A stretch of DNA of 53,189 bases, filler included, from Perkinsus olseni (lineage: Eukaryota), in the NCBI GenBank assembly GCA_013115125.1. It is 3 parts of 3 records of this genome, joined end to end, with 100 filler letters (N's around TTAATTAATTAA, not from the genome) between each part and the next. Parts side by side here need not be neighbours in the genome. Positions count along the whole stretch, not along the records: positions 1 to 17,720 come from JABANN010000637.1; 2 more parts are not named here. The stretch is one strand, 5' to 3'. Positions 1-11,120 of this stretch are shown one piece after another. A program made the translations under genes and the position numbers. Positions within the stretch are counted from its first letter, which is position 1, and every line of letters starts with the position of its first letter. A model generated the notes under the pieces. That model was given only the letters and a program-made list of their open reading frames with translations, was not told the origin of the DNA and did not search any database.

Positions 1-8
1 TTGCCCGT

Positions 9-1445
9 ATGAGTTTACATCATCCCTTCGTACAAGGCCTCGGTGATGGTACCCTCGACCCGGAGGCCTTCAAGACTTACATGGCTCAAGATACTCTTTA
101 CTTGAACGGCTACGTTCGATCTCTCTCGAGTTGCATCGCTAAAAGCGACATTACTGCCACCATGGGGAAGGAGTTATCGGTGTTCATAGAGGGTGTGAAG
201 GGCGAGTTGGAGGCCTGCCATCAGCACTATGTCGACAACCCGGATGCCACTGGCCCAGAGGCTGCCTGCCGCAAGTACGTGGACTTCTTATTGAACGTTA
301 GCCGGGCCGATTGTGGTCCCTCGGTTATGATAGCCGCTGTCATACCGTGCTCTAGACTCTACGCTTGGCTCGGCAAGGAGCTGACGGCTGGTAGAGAGAT
401 ACCTGAGGATCACCCCTACCGAAGGTGGCTTCTCTTTTACGCCGACGAGCCCATCAACACTTCAGCCAGGGCGTTGGAAGCCCTTCTGGATAAGCAAGTT
501 AGAGTTTGCGAGGTTCAGGAGGTTGGTCAAGCCTACCGGCGTGCTATGGAGCTCGAGTATGACTTCTTCGACTCCTTCGAAGCCCCCATTGGCCGGCCTG
601 CTGGTGGGCCCTTGAGAATCCCTACCGTGTTGGTGGTGAGCGGCAGCGAGTCCGGTGGAGGGTCGGGCCATCAGGCAGACTTGAAGACCCTGGAGGCTCT
701 CGGGGTGTACTCGACCTCAGCATTGACGTCGATAGCTGCCCAGAACACTCAGGGAGTACAGCAAGTCCAGCTGGTGGCTGACAACCTTCTCGCAGCCCAG
801 ATTAACTCTGTTATCTCGGATTTCGACGTGTCGGTCGTGAAGGTTGGTTCGGTACCGAGTTCCCGACAGCTACGGGTGGTGGCTGAGAAGCTCCACGGTT
901 TACCGTTGGTCGTGGATCCCGTCCTCCCATCGACGCCTACAGACGACGCCGCCGTCCAGAGGGACGCTGACGATGTCTTGGCTGCGTACAAGGACCATAT
1001 CTTCCCGCTCGCCACCATAGTCACATCCACTCTGTCGGAAGCCCGACGTCTGCTCGGTAGGAGAGAGTCGGTCGGAGTCGACGAGGCCAGGAGTGTTGCT
1101 CGAGCCTTGGCTCAGTATGGCCCAAAGTATGTTTTAGTGAGGATTGACGGGGATTGCCGTGATACTGAGACCCGCGGGGGTGTCCTCTACGGCCGAGAGA
1201 ATGAGGAGTTCTACGAGTACACAGATAAGAAGATTTCGACAACCAATACTCCTGGCGCTGGTTGTACACTGGCCAGCGCTATTGCTGGGTTTATGGCTCG
1301 CGGTTATCCCGTACCAGACGCTGTGGAGAGGGCCATTGGGTACCTCCATGAGGTCATAGCCCGTTCGGAGGGAACTCCCCTCGGCCAGGGTCCCAACAGA
1401 CCGTTGGTCCACTCGGGCAACAGTATTTGGGTTAACTACTTTTGA
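9..1445 (+). CDS. TenA (thiaminase II)-ThiD (HMP/HMP-P kinase-like) fusion, thiamine salvage; probably 5'-truncated by the window edge
   Basis: N-half has HPFVQGLGDGTL, YMAQDTLYL, PCSRLY (catalytic Cys position) and ELEYDFF of TenA. C-half has GSESGGGSGHQADLKT, AQNTQGV, VVDPV and GAGCTLASAIA of ThiD. Intronless; the frame is open back to the window start. Confidence 0.9.
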   Translation: MSLHHPFVQGLGDGTLDPEAFKTYMAQDTLYLNGYVRSLSSCIAKSDITATMGKELSVFIEGVKGELEACHQHYVDNPDATGPEAACRKYVDFLLNVSRADCGPSVMIAAVIPCSRLYAWLGKELTAGREIPEDHPYRRWLLFYADEPINTSARALEALLDKQVRVCEVQEVGQAYRRAMELEYDFFDSFEAPIGRPAGGPLRIPTVLVVSGSESGGGSGHQADLKTLEALGVYSTSALTSIAAQNTQGVQQVQLVADNLLAAQINSVISDFDVSVVKVGSVPSSRQLRVVAEKLHGLPLVVDPVLPSTPTDDAAVQRDADDVLAAYKDHIFPLATIVTSTLSEARRLLGRRESVGVDEARSVARALAQYGPKYVLVRIDGDCRDTETRGGVLYGRENEEFYEYTDKKISTTNTPGAGCTLASAIAGFMARGYPVPDAVERAIGYLHEVIARSEGTPLGQGPNRPLVHSGNSIWVNYF

Positions 1446-3094
1446 GACTATCCACCGTTGATTTTTCTTATCCCTTATCAGAACTCTCGGACGTCTTCAG
1501 AGCCGTCAGGGCTCAGATCTCCGTGTGAGAAATGTGTCGCTCGATCCCTGGAAGCGGGCTGTTCTTCCAGGTTTCCTCCTTTCGTGTATAGGACTGTATC
1601 GGATTCCTGTCTTGTTTGTCAATCAGACGGGGGGCCTCAAGCTGGTTCGGGCTCGAGCAACAGTGTAGTCAATCTAATGACGGGGGCCCTTGCAAGGGCC
1701 CTGGGCTTGCAAGTTGAATACCAAGTAAACACTAACTTCTACACTGCTTGACAAGCACCCTTCGATAATCCTTCCGGCATTAGAAAGATACTGAATAGAT
1801 ACTGCTGTTAGCACATCGACCATCCATGGCCTACGCATCACATTGAGCCTCGTGATGCTTCCTCATGGTGCTTCCTGAGTTTGAAAACGTGCAACTTACA
1901 CTAAGCGTCGAACAGTAAACGCGGTGGATGAACGCGTTATCAACCTTGACAGTCGCAACGTTGCAACTGTGAACCTCGCTCGCTTACTGTTTAATGTGGT
2001 CAACGTGGTGTTGACATATTCACCGTCTCAATCTTGGTATTCTCAGTGCCAAACATGCATGCGTAATTGACCATCTTACCTCATAAGAGGCTTCAGCTGG
2101 AGGATTCGGCAGGGGGTAACGGCTAGAGGCTACATCCTCATTGTATCTGATGGTAGCTCTCGGCTTTGTATGACGGTGGCTCGCTCTCACTACAGAGTTA
2201 TTATGGTGAGCCCTCGTGAAGCCTGTAAAACCTTCCATCTGCACTGGCCTTTGAGTTGTGTTACTAGAGTGCTTGTCATCCATCATCTGTGACTTCAACC
2301 AGACACCCGACAAAGACGTTGAGCATATTTTTGTAACGTTCTGTCCTTTGTAGTTTGCGCGCGTGTTGTTTCGATGTAGCTCGTTAGTCCGGCTGGTGTG
2401 GGCTGGTCCGTCTTCCGTATCACTGAGAAAGTTTCCTAGCGAGTTACTGTTGTTGAGAATGTGTTAGCTGGGTTTCCCTTGGTTAGTCGACAATAAGGTA
2501 GATGAGCCCACTGTGCTGTGGCGATGCCGGTTCGCATCGATGATTTCGACGTTGTACTAGTGGCTCTCTTCCCAAGTGAGCGTTCCATCACAGGCAGCAG
2601 TTGCTGTATTCTCTTTTGCGACGGTTCACGGACTACCTCTCCTGTTATGAAAGCGCCTACACCGTGTAACGATACAACTGTCCCGAGATATCGAATACAA
2701 GCCCTCGTCGATACAATACCGTTCTCAGTAGCACAATACCGTTCCTCAGAGTGGCAGATCTTACCGTCCCCTGCAGGCCTGGTAGAACCTACTAATCGTT
2801 AACTTAACGACGTTAAGGTTGACTTAGAGTAGGCGAACTGCTAAAGTGCAGCAACAGATGGACACGCTATTAGGTCCATGCTCTATTCTGTCGAGACACT
2901 CAACGATGACATTGGACCAAAGCGGTGGCCAGCAGCAGATTGGCCACCGATGAGGCCCTTCCCATGTGCACCAAGGCTTACGTGACCCTGGCGGAAACGT
3001 CGTAAAGGAAAGAGTTCCCCTCCGATTTATAAACACGGTTCCTGCTTGACTGAGAATGAAAACGTTCCAGCATTCGATCGACATCCAATTCATT

Positions 3095-3096
<2 letters not shown>

Positions 3097-3144
<48 letters not shown>
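3097..3144. repeat. (CAT)16 microsatellite
   Basis: Perfect CAT trinucleotide run just downstream of the ANP32-like stop codon. Confidence 0.95.
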
Positions 3145-3162
3145 ACGTTAACAATCCGCCCG

Positions 3163-4212
3163 TTACTCGGCAGCAGCAGCATCAGTCTTCCTCCGCTTAG
3201 CATTCGGTGGCGATTCATCCTACACATAAAAGCCACGCTCCGCTGAAGACCTCCCCCGAGTATTCACCTCATCATCCTTCTCGTCCTCCTCTTCATCCTC
3301 TTCTTCTTCCCCTTCCTGCCCATCTTCTTCCCCTTCAGACTCACTTGAGTATTCCTCCTCGTCGTCTTCCGGTTCAGAGTCCTCAAACACCACCTGTTCC
3401 CCCTAAGCAGATATCAGCTCCAAAGGCAGCACCCCCAGCAAGCCATAGTACGTTTCTGTCAAGACCATCGAGAGCTTGGAGGTTGGGCAGGGCCTTCAGG
3501 AGGCCTTCACGGTACGCCGCCTTCGCCAGCTGCGAGTCATCATCGACACCACCAACGGGGTTACTGATACGCCCAGAGTCACCGTGGGTACGACAAGTCT
3601 ACTTACTCGATCAAATTAAGTATACGGATGTTAACCAGGGTGTGAATAGGGCTGAGTGCATCCAGATCAGCGAATCTGAGGCGAACCCAGTCGGTGGTCT
3701 AGTACACTATGTCAATACTAATAGTAGCAGTACTTGTTATTGGCTAGATGAAGTTCCTGTAGGCTGTCCTTGAGATTCCCCAGAGCTTCGAGGGACTTCT
3801 TGTCGGCCAAATTGTTGGCTGAAAAACGAGTGTAAATTCACTGAAGCTCCTCCTGGGTCATTCGGAAGTGTAGACCGAGATTGTCTCTCTCTGTCCAGTA
3901 GCGGTGGGAGCCCGGTCCTACAGTTTAATTCGAGACGCTCAATCTTGGTTCCCTCTGGGAAGGGGTGGTCGATGGCCCCCACTTGACAGTTGCTGAGGGA
4001 GAGGAAACCTACACTGCACTCCTTCAAGAAGGACAGGTCTCCCAGTGCGGGGATGGACAGGCCGTCCAACATCACCTGCCAAGCGGGGCGCGTAACGAGG
4101 TCATTGCCAAGCAGTTTCGCTTTACTTCTTCGAGTTTATTGTACTGTTCGACGTCCTGCTCCTTAGCATAGCGTTTGAAGGCCTCTAATAGGGAGGGTAT
4201 CTGGTTCACCAT
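3163..4212 (-). CDS. ANP32-like acidic leucine-rich nuclear protein (multi-exon)
   Basis: Spliced by eye: MVNQIPSLL...EE | VMLDGLSI...VGFLSLSNC...IERLELN (LRRs), ANNLADKKSLEALG, LRRcap YREGLLKALPNLQALDG, long D/E tail (about 3270-3380), last exon DESPPNAKRRKTDAAAAE* with a basic NLS. Confidence 0.8.
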
Positions 4213-4693
4213 GGCAGCAGGAAGAGGCAGACGGTTGCCGAGTTCAGAGAGGGAAACCACGGAAAACCTACGACGACAAGATGGGATCCTCGACCATTGC
4301 AGATGAAGCCCGGCCAAAGGGATAGGTGGCATACGTCACCATTAACGGCACTTCCAGAACTCGAGGCGTGACACGGTGAATGCGAATGGCAAATCCTCGA
4401 AAAAATGGACAGAGAACTGTCATTGGGGTGATTTGAACCTGGGCGGAAGGAAAACCCGCTCAGCGTCAAATATGCAGCCAAGGCCTCCTTTACAAGTGTT
4501 GGCATGGTTCGTGATCGACCTTCGTCCACGAGGCCGTAGTGCCAGTATTCTGCGTTCTTCCCTCGAATGGAGGCAAGGATCAGACTGAGGGGGCCTTGGA
4601 AACACAACTCTGTCCCCATCTCTGAACAACCCGACTACAAGTCCACTCGTGGGTTCTCATCAGAGCTCCTTGATAGTTCCTCTTCCTCTACGG

Positions 4694-6420
4694 ATGTCGT
4701 CGTCCACCACTGAAGGTGCTTCTCTTGCTGCCAGTCCGATGTTTGCGGAGGTTCACGAGCCAACAACCTCGGTTCCCTTCGAGAACAGAGTTGCTTGGAC
4801 CATTCGCTTGAAGGACTACATTACCGTGGCCTTCTACAGGTAATCACCGCCCTCCAGCGGTGTCCTGCTATCGCAATGTACGCATGATCGCCCCTTTCAG
4901 CGTTGCTGTTCAGCTACCGCATTCTGTGGGCTATTCTCATGGCCGTCGTTGCCGTTGCCTTCTCCTATGTCACCAATGGTGATGCTCTTGGATGGCTGCA
5001 ACACAACAGTAAGTGCAGGTCACTGTGGACTTATCATTCGGTCACTGCGTGCCTGATTATCGTCCCTGCCGACTTCAGGCGTCGTCGCGCTGGTGTTTGC
5101 CGGTTTTGTCTTCTTCGTCCAACGTCACTTCTTCCCCCAACGCAACGTCTACTGCATCGACCATTGCGAGTTCAACCCACCCGACTCCTGGAGGATCTCC
5201 CGTGAACAGATCATCAGGATCTTCTCGACCGATAAAAACTTCACCGCTGAGAGCCTCAACTTCATGCGTCGGCTCCTCGTCAACTCGGGGACCAGCGACC
5301 ACACAGCCTTTCCTCCAAACATGGTGAAAATACAGTTCAACCGCGCTTGCTTCATACGACGATCATATGTCAGATTAAATCTCTCGAAGACGGAAAGAGG
5401 TGGAGCTCTACTCTGGCCGACTCTCGTTTCGAAGGCGAGACTACTATGAGCGGCGCCCTTCAAGGCCTTATGGACAAGACAGGCCTAGCTGCTAAGGACA
5501 TTGATGTAGCTCATTATGACTCCGTGCTAGAATGGAGGCTTCTTGATGTCAGATTCTCATTGTCAACTGTTCTATGGTGTCTCCAACTCCTTCACTTTGT
5601 GCCATGCTTGCTCACAAGTTCGGTATGCGCAGCGACGTACTAACCTACAATCTATCAGGTCAGCACACAGCCAGGCTATCGAGATTGTGAGCACTTCTCA
5701 TCAGGTATGGGATGCAGCGCTAATGGCATATCCATCGACTTGGCCCAGCGTCTCCTGCAGAACAGGAAGGATCTCAAGTGTGTCGTTGTTTCCACTGAGA
5801 TCACCGCCCAGCAAGTTTATAACGGCAACGAGCGTGGCTTCCTCGTCCAGAACACACTCTTCCGTTGTGGTGCCACTGCTATCCTCCTCACCAACAAGCC
5901 CGATACTCGTGCCAAGTATAAGCTACTCAATGTGGTTCGTGCTCAGCAGTCCAAGACTGAGAAGGACTACGGCTGCGTGTGGGAGGACCAGGATGAGGGC
6001 GGCCACAGAGGAGTTTTCCTCGCTAAGAACATCGTCGATGTCGCTGGCAAGACTATCGCTGTCAACTTCAGGCGTATGGGCCCCCACATATTGCCAATCC
6101 CTGAGCTCATTAAAGCCCTTTTAAACAAGAAGTACGTTCCTGATTTCAAGAGAGGCATCAATCACTTCTGCATTCACGCCGGTGGCAGAGGCGTGCTAGA
6201 TGGCGTCCAGAAGAGCCTCAAGCTCAGCGACCGGGACATTCTCCCGTCCAGACTGGATCTCTATCATATGGGAAACACTAGCAGCAGCTCCATCTGGTAT
6301 GAGCTTGGTTTCATTGAGAGATCCGGAAACCTGCAGGCCGGTCACAGAATCCTGCAAGTCGCATTCGGCAGCGGTTTCAAGTGCAACTCTATGTGCTGGC
6401 TGTGCCTCCGTACTGAGTGA
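4694..6420 (+). CDS. FAE1-type 3-ketoacyl-CoA synthase (fatty acid elongase condensing enzyme), multi-exon
   Basis: Exons give ID|ILIVNCS..PTPSL, YNLS|GMGCSA (catalytic Cys), VVSTE, LFRCGATAILL, YVPDFK..INHFCIHAGG, GNTSSSSIWYEL, QVAFGSGFKCNS. Short GT-AG introns. Confidence 0.92.
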
Positions 6421-7173
6421 AGATGAGTTGGTACCCTCTGTAGTGTTTTTCGATTGTTTTCGGGCGAATGAGCGGCGTGCACCTCACTCGTATATGTCTA
6501 TCCTTGAACGAGGTCGTTCCTTATCTCAAACACCATTGCTCTGGATAGTTCAGAGGCAGGAAGTCATTCGACTGTTGTGTTTCCAGTACATTAGGGGCTA
6601 CCAGGGAATACCATCAATACGCTTCTGCCAACCACTGGCAAGGCGCATAGCTCACTATCGCCATCTGAGGTGCTGTGATGGTGGTACAACCAACCCCTAT
6701 GCTGCGTGAGCGAGGCCTGCCAGTGGGGAAGGCCGCTCTTAAGCCCGAATGATCCTCCCGAGAGAATTGGAATGCACGTGTGCTTGGAGGTACAGTTCGA
6801 GCCGGAGTCGTTACCTCACCTTGCTCGTCCCCTATTTTGTGTGTGGCACACAACTCTGTCGGTCTCAGCTAGCGGCAGGTGTCAGCCCATTGCAGGACTC
6901 TTGTGCGCGCTCTGGCCATTAGTTCCACGCATGCTGTGACGCTCAGACCAGTTAATGCGGCGAGTGTGCCCAACACACCGATTTTGTGTGTTAGCGTTGT
7001 AACAAACCGTTTGATCGTCATAGTATATCGATCTCTGCATAGGACCGTCGATGAAATATGGCGGTGAGTCGGTGCCGGCTCTCGAGTGCAAGCCCACACA
7101 CACTAGGGACTATTCAACAACACTCGGCTATTGAACAAGAAAAGCTTTCATCATGGTTCATAAGGCATGACAC

Positions 7174-10100
7174 TCATTGCCCCATACTCAACTCACTGGC
7201 CGCGTTGAGGATGGTCTCCTTCGCGACTTCGTACTTACGGATATCTTCCGCCGTGTCGGCGGTCTCCTTCTCTGCTTTCTCGAGTATCTACGCCGTCAGC
7301 GGGCCCGCCACCTCTCGAGAATTTACTCACCTCCTTTTTCATATCGTTCGAGAGGGCGCTGACATCCACCTTTCGTCTAATACTCGCATACCATCTTTCG
7401 AAGTCCTTCTGGAGTCTCTTGCGGCTCTGTTCCATCATGCGTTGAATGCGTTCGATGTCGCTACGGACTGACGACACTCCCGTCCCCATCAGCAACCTTG
7501 TCGAACACTACCTCCGCGTAGCTTATCAGCACACGCTTTATACACCGCCGTCTGCTTCTCAATTTCACGTGTGCAGGATCGGATCTCCTCCTCGCACTCC
7601 ACGGGAAGCTGCGACGAGTCCAAAAGGGGCGCGGATGAGCCGACCCACTTCCTCTCCCTCATGCCCTAGCAGCACCGCGCGTTTCCGTATCTTGTCGATG
7701 TTGTCCTTCTCCCTATTAACGATCGCCCTCGCAGCATTGGCCTCGTTGCCTGCCTCAGACGCGGCCTCGCGACAAGCGAGCGGAAGAGCAGCTACCGAGA
7801 GCCTTGGCCTCCTCGCAGAGCTTCCGGAGCAGCTCCCTATTCTCTGACAAGGTCTCCGTTCGGCGGATGGACTTCCGGAAGACCTCGAAGCATCGCTGGC
7901 GATCTAGTAGTATCGTGGCTGCCGACTCTCCTGATACCGACAGTCGTGGCCTCCGGGGTGCTGATCTCTGTCCACACACCAGTGATGTCTTCAAGCCATT
8001 CGACACTGCCAATTGTCGATTGTTGAGTTGAAGCCTCCCGAGCCACACTCGAGGGGACTGCCGCGAGGCCTGTCACCCGTACATAACTCAGAGTCTCAAG
8101 CGCAGATGGTCTCACTAGATTGCGCGCTTCCGCCCTCGGACTTCGGTAGAGTCGAATCACCGCTCTTGTTCAACATGCCCAACAACACCGCCAACTCCTG
8201 GTCCCGCTGAGCCACCTGACGAGCAGAGAATTAAACCTCTCCGTTGCACAGGAAGCCACCACTTGTAGTCTGAGTTGCTGGACCTGGCCATCATCACCGT
8301 CACCCCTCGATCCTTGCACTGTGGCAATAACTGGAGCGTGGTCCGTAGACCCGCCTGTCACCATGTCCCGCAGGATGGAGAAGCACGCTTGGATCTGCAA
8401 CGCCTCCCAGCGGCAGTTCGCCTCACTGTCCTCCCTACCTTCTTCATCGATCCACAAACGAGGTGGCCCTCGGTGGAGCCTCCGTCCTTGACGAATGCCT
8501 CTACTAGTGACTTCAAGTGTGCCATGTCCTCTGAGGTGAGTACCTCCTCCTGAGCCCTCAGACTCCCACAGTGGAGCAACGCTATTGCAGCTATCACCTC
8601 TTCATCGCCCTTCAGTACTCGGAGCTCCTCCTGCAACTCAGCCACCTGCCGCTTCAGACGGCGAATCAACAGAGTTGAATCGATCTGCTGTGAATCGTCC
8701 TCGGTACTCCGCCATAGATTGAAAGCTCACCTCTTCGTTCACTCGCGCATCATTCTTGATCAGACCGACCCGCTGTGCGAAGCGGCAGGTACTGATAGCT
8801 ACCCTACGATGCCGTGCTTCTCTCGTAGAGCATCACAGCGGCTTACTCTCCTCGATAGATCGACCGTCCATTGACAGAGTTCCAATCATGCTAGTGCGGC
8901 AGTTGCCTCCCAGCGAGTCCCTACGGCAAATGGTCTGGCTTCCTCCACACTACCAGTCCTACCGAAGCACGCTGGTCATCATACTGTTCCGATAGGGTAT
9001 GTGGCTACGCTTTCCCGTCGCCTTCTCATGCAGGCACACGATGACCTGAGGATCTGTACCCTGCCCTAGATTTCACAATCAACTTCACTACTTGCTCGAG
9101 GAAGTGCAGGGAGACGTTGATGTATCGCGACTCATTGGCCAGTTGTCCGTCGACTTGAGTCTGACAACCTCCGCTCACGAGTGCTCTTTCGATGCTCCTA
9201 GGACCTTTTTGATGCGCTCACTGCCGGCGAGGTCCACCAGATGCAGTTTGCTCCGACGTACGGTGTCCGAACCTGAGCCTTGCATCCCGTCGGTCGGGTA
9301 ACCTTCGAGCTGAACCCGGTATTGTCGCTTCGATCCAAATGATGAACATGCAGTGGCTTCGTGTGGATGAATCGTTCATCGGAGTTTGGGCAACAACCCT
9401 GTTAGTGTCACCCTAAAAGCATTGTAGCCCACCGATCGCCACTGCTGTTGCTACTAGGAAGAGTAGGTTGAGGGCCTCCTCCTCGCTGGGAACTGTGTTC
9501 ACGCTGAGTCCCCGGAGGTGCAGTTGCCCGTCCTCGTCCTCTCGCAGGCTTACCGATGGAAGGTTGTGCTGAAGAGCAGCCATTCCTCCGATAACGTCAG
9601 TGACGACCAGTACTCTACCAGTTCACTGACATCGTCCGATTCCCTATAGAGTAGATCGTACCCATTGTCGTTGTAGATTTCAAGGTAGGAGATGTACACC
9701 TCAGAGAGCACAAGCATGGAAGCTACGGCAGAGAAAGCCGCGCTTGCTACTCTGTACTGCGCGTCACTGAGCTTCCCTATCCGCTCGAAGATATATGACA
9801 CCGCTCGAGGTATGATCCCTCGGTCGACATACCTATTTCGCGGGACCGGGCTGGTGATGTGACTCACTCCTACAGTACCGTTCAGTCCCTCCAGTAATAG
9901 TGAAGGTCTTCCCCGACCCCGTCTGGCCGTAAGCGAATATCGTCCCATTGATCCCCTTGAGGCACTCCTCTATCGTCGGCCTGCGTGCCGCCACCCTCGA
10001 GAGAACGGCCCCTTCCTTCACCGTATTACCGCGCCACGACCTCGAAGATATCATCCTGCCGAGCCGCCATCCCAAAGACTTTGTCGCATTTGAACTGGTA

Positions 10101-10382
10101 CCGGTTCCGTGAGTTATTTATGTAATCCTGAAAGCATCTCCTCGCGACATGAGCGAGGCTGCCCGTCTGCTGCCCATCACCTCAACGCCTCTCTCATCAT
10201 CACCAGGTCCGACGGTAATATTGATCTGAGACGGAGTAGACCTATTCAGGCGGAATTTAGTTGAGCGAGGGTTGTACCGTATTTTCTTCAATCGATGGAT
10301 GAATTCTACTAGTTGCTGCATTAGCGGTCGGTCTGCAACGCAGATAAACCTTTATGTTGGCGTCCGCTGCCGCTACAGCCAT
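7174..10382 (-). CDS. Kinesin-9 (KIF6/KIF9-like) motor protein, multi-exon
   Basis: [42 protein letters not shown] (P-loop), [45 protein letters not shown], followed by a coiled-coil tail. 3' end approximate. Confidence 0.9.
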
Positions 10383-11120
10383 AAGACGGGGAATCGGAAG
10401 GGCCAGAGGTCAAGTCCTGAACCTCGGAACAGGATCACCCAGAAGCAGTCGTGAGGAACTGCAATTGCAATAGTTCGTCTGAATATTGGCATCAATCTTG
10501 CCCCCGGTTCAATAAACGAGGAACCGCACGATCCTAGAATCGTCGATGAGTGTCGATTTTGAAAAACGGTTCGAATAGTGCGCGAAAGAAACGATTCCAA
10601 AAACGATCACGTTCCCGTTGATTTGGCATGATTCTGAAAAGAGATACTAGGAATGCGTCATGAGAAGAGGAGAGAAAACACATCCTGAGCAGCGAGGATC
10701 CTCTGTGGAAGTCAGTGGCGTGGTCTGGGCGGCATACTGTGGTTCACTGCTCCCACGAACAGCTCACACAACTCTAGGTAATGAGTCATAAAAGATTATC
10801 ACACGAAACAAGCTATTGTGCATCTTCACGCCGCCTTTATCTCGTCCATAAGGCCGTCAACCGTCTCGTCCACAGTTAGCCGGTTATCATCATGACTCAG
10901 CTGACGTGCCACTAACTTAGCATAGACACCTGATGGGAACCTTCACATCGAACACTATCCAAATCAGAATCCATGAAGTAAGGAAATCGCCTTAGCGTGT
11001 CATCGTTTGCTGTGTGTGTGAGTTCACAGTCCAACGCCGGCTCCGGCTTGGTTGGACCCTTGCGTATTGGCAATGTTGATGTGCTTGTCGGTTGCAGTAT
11101 AATGCTGATTAAGCGTTGCA

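Noticed and set aside
1750-3050. Possible LINE/RT relic (IRYLG-like motif on the minus strand)
   Set aside because: Only one short motif and no YxDD found; insufficient support.
3046-3246. Poly-His ORF (and the poly-Met ORF at 2824-3144)
   Set aside because: Translation of the (CAT)n microsatellite.
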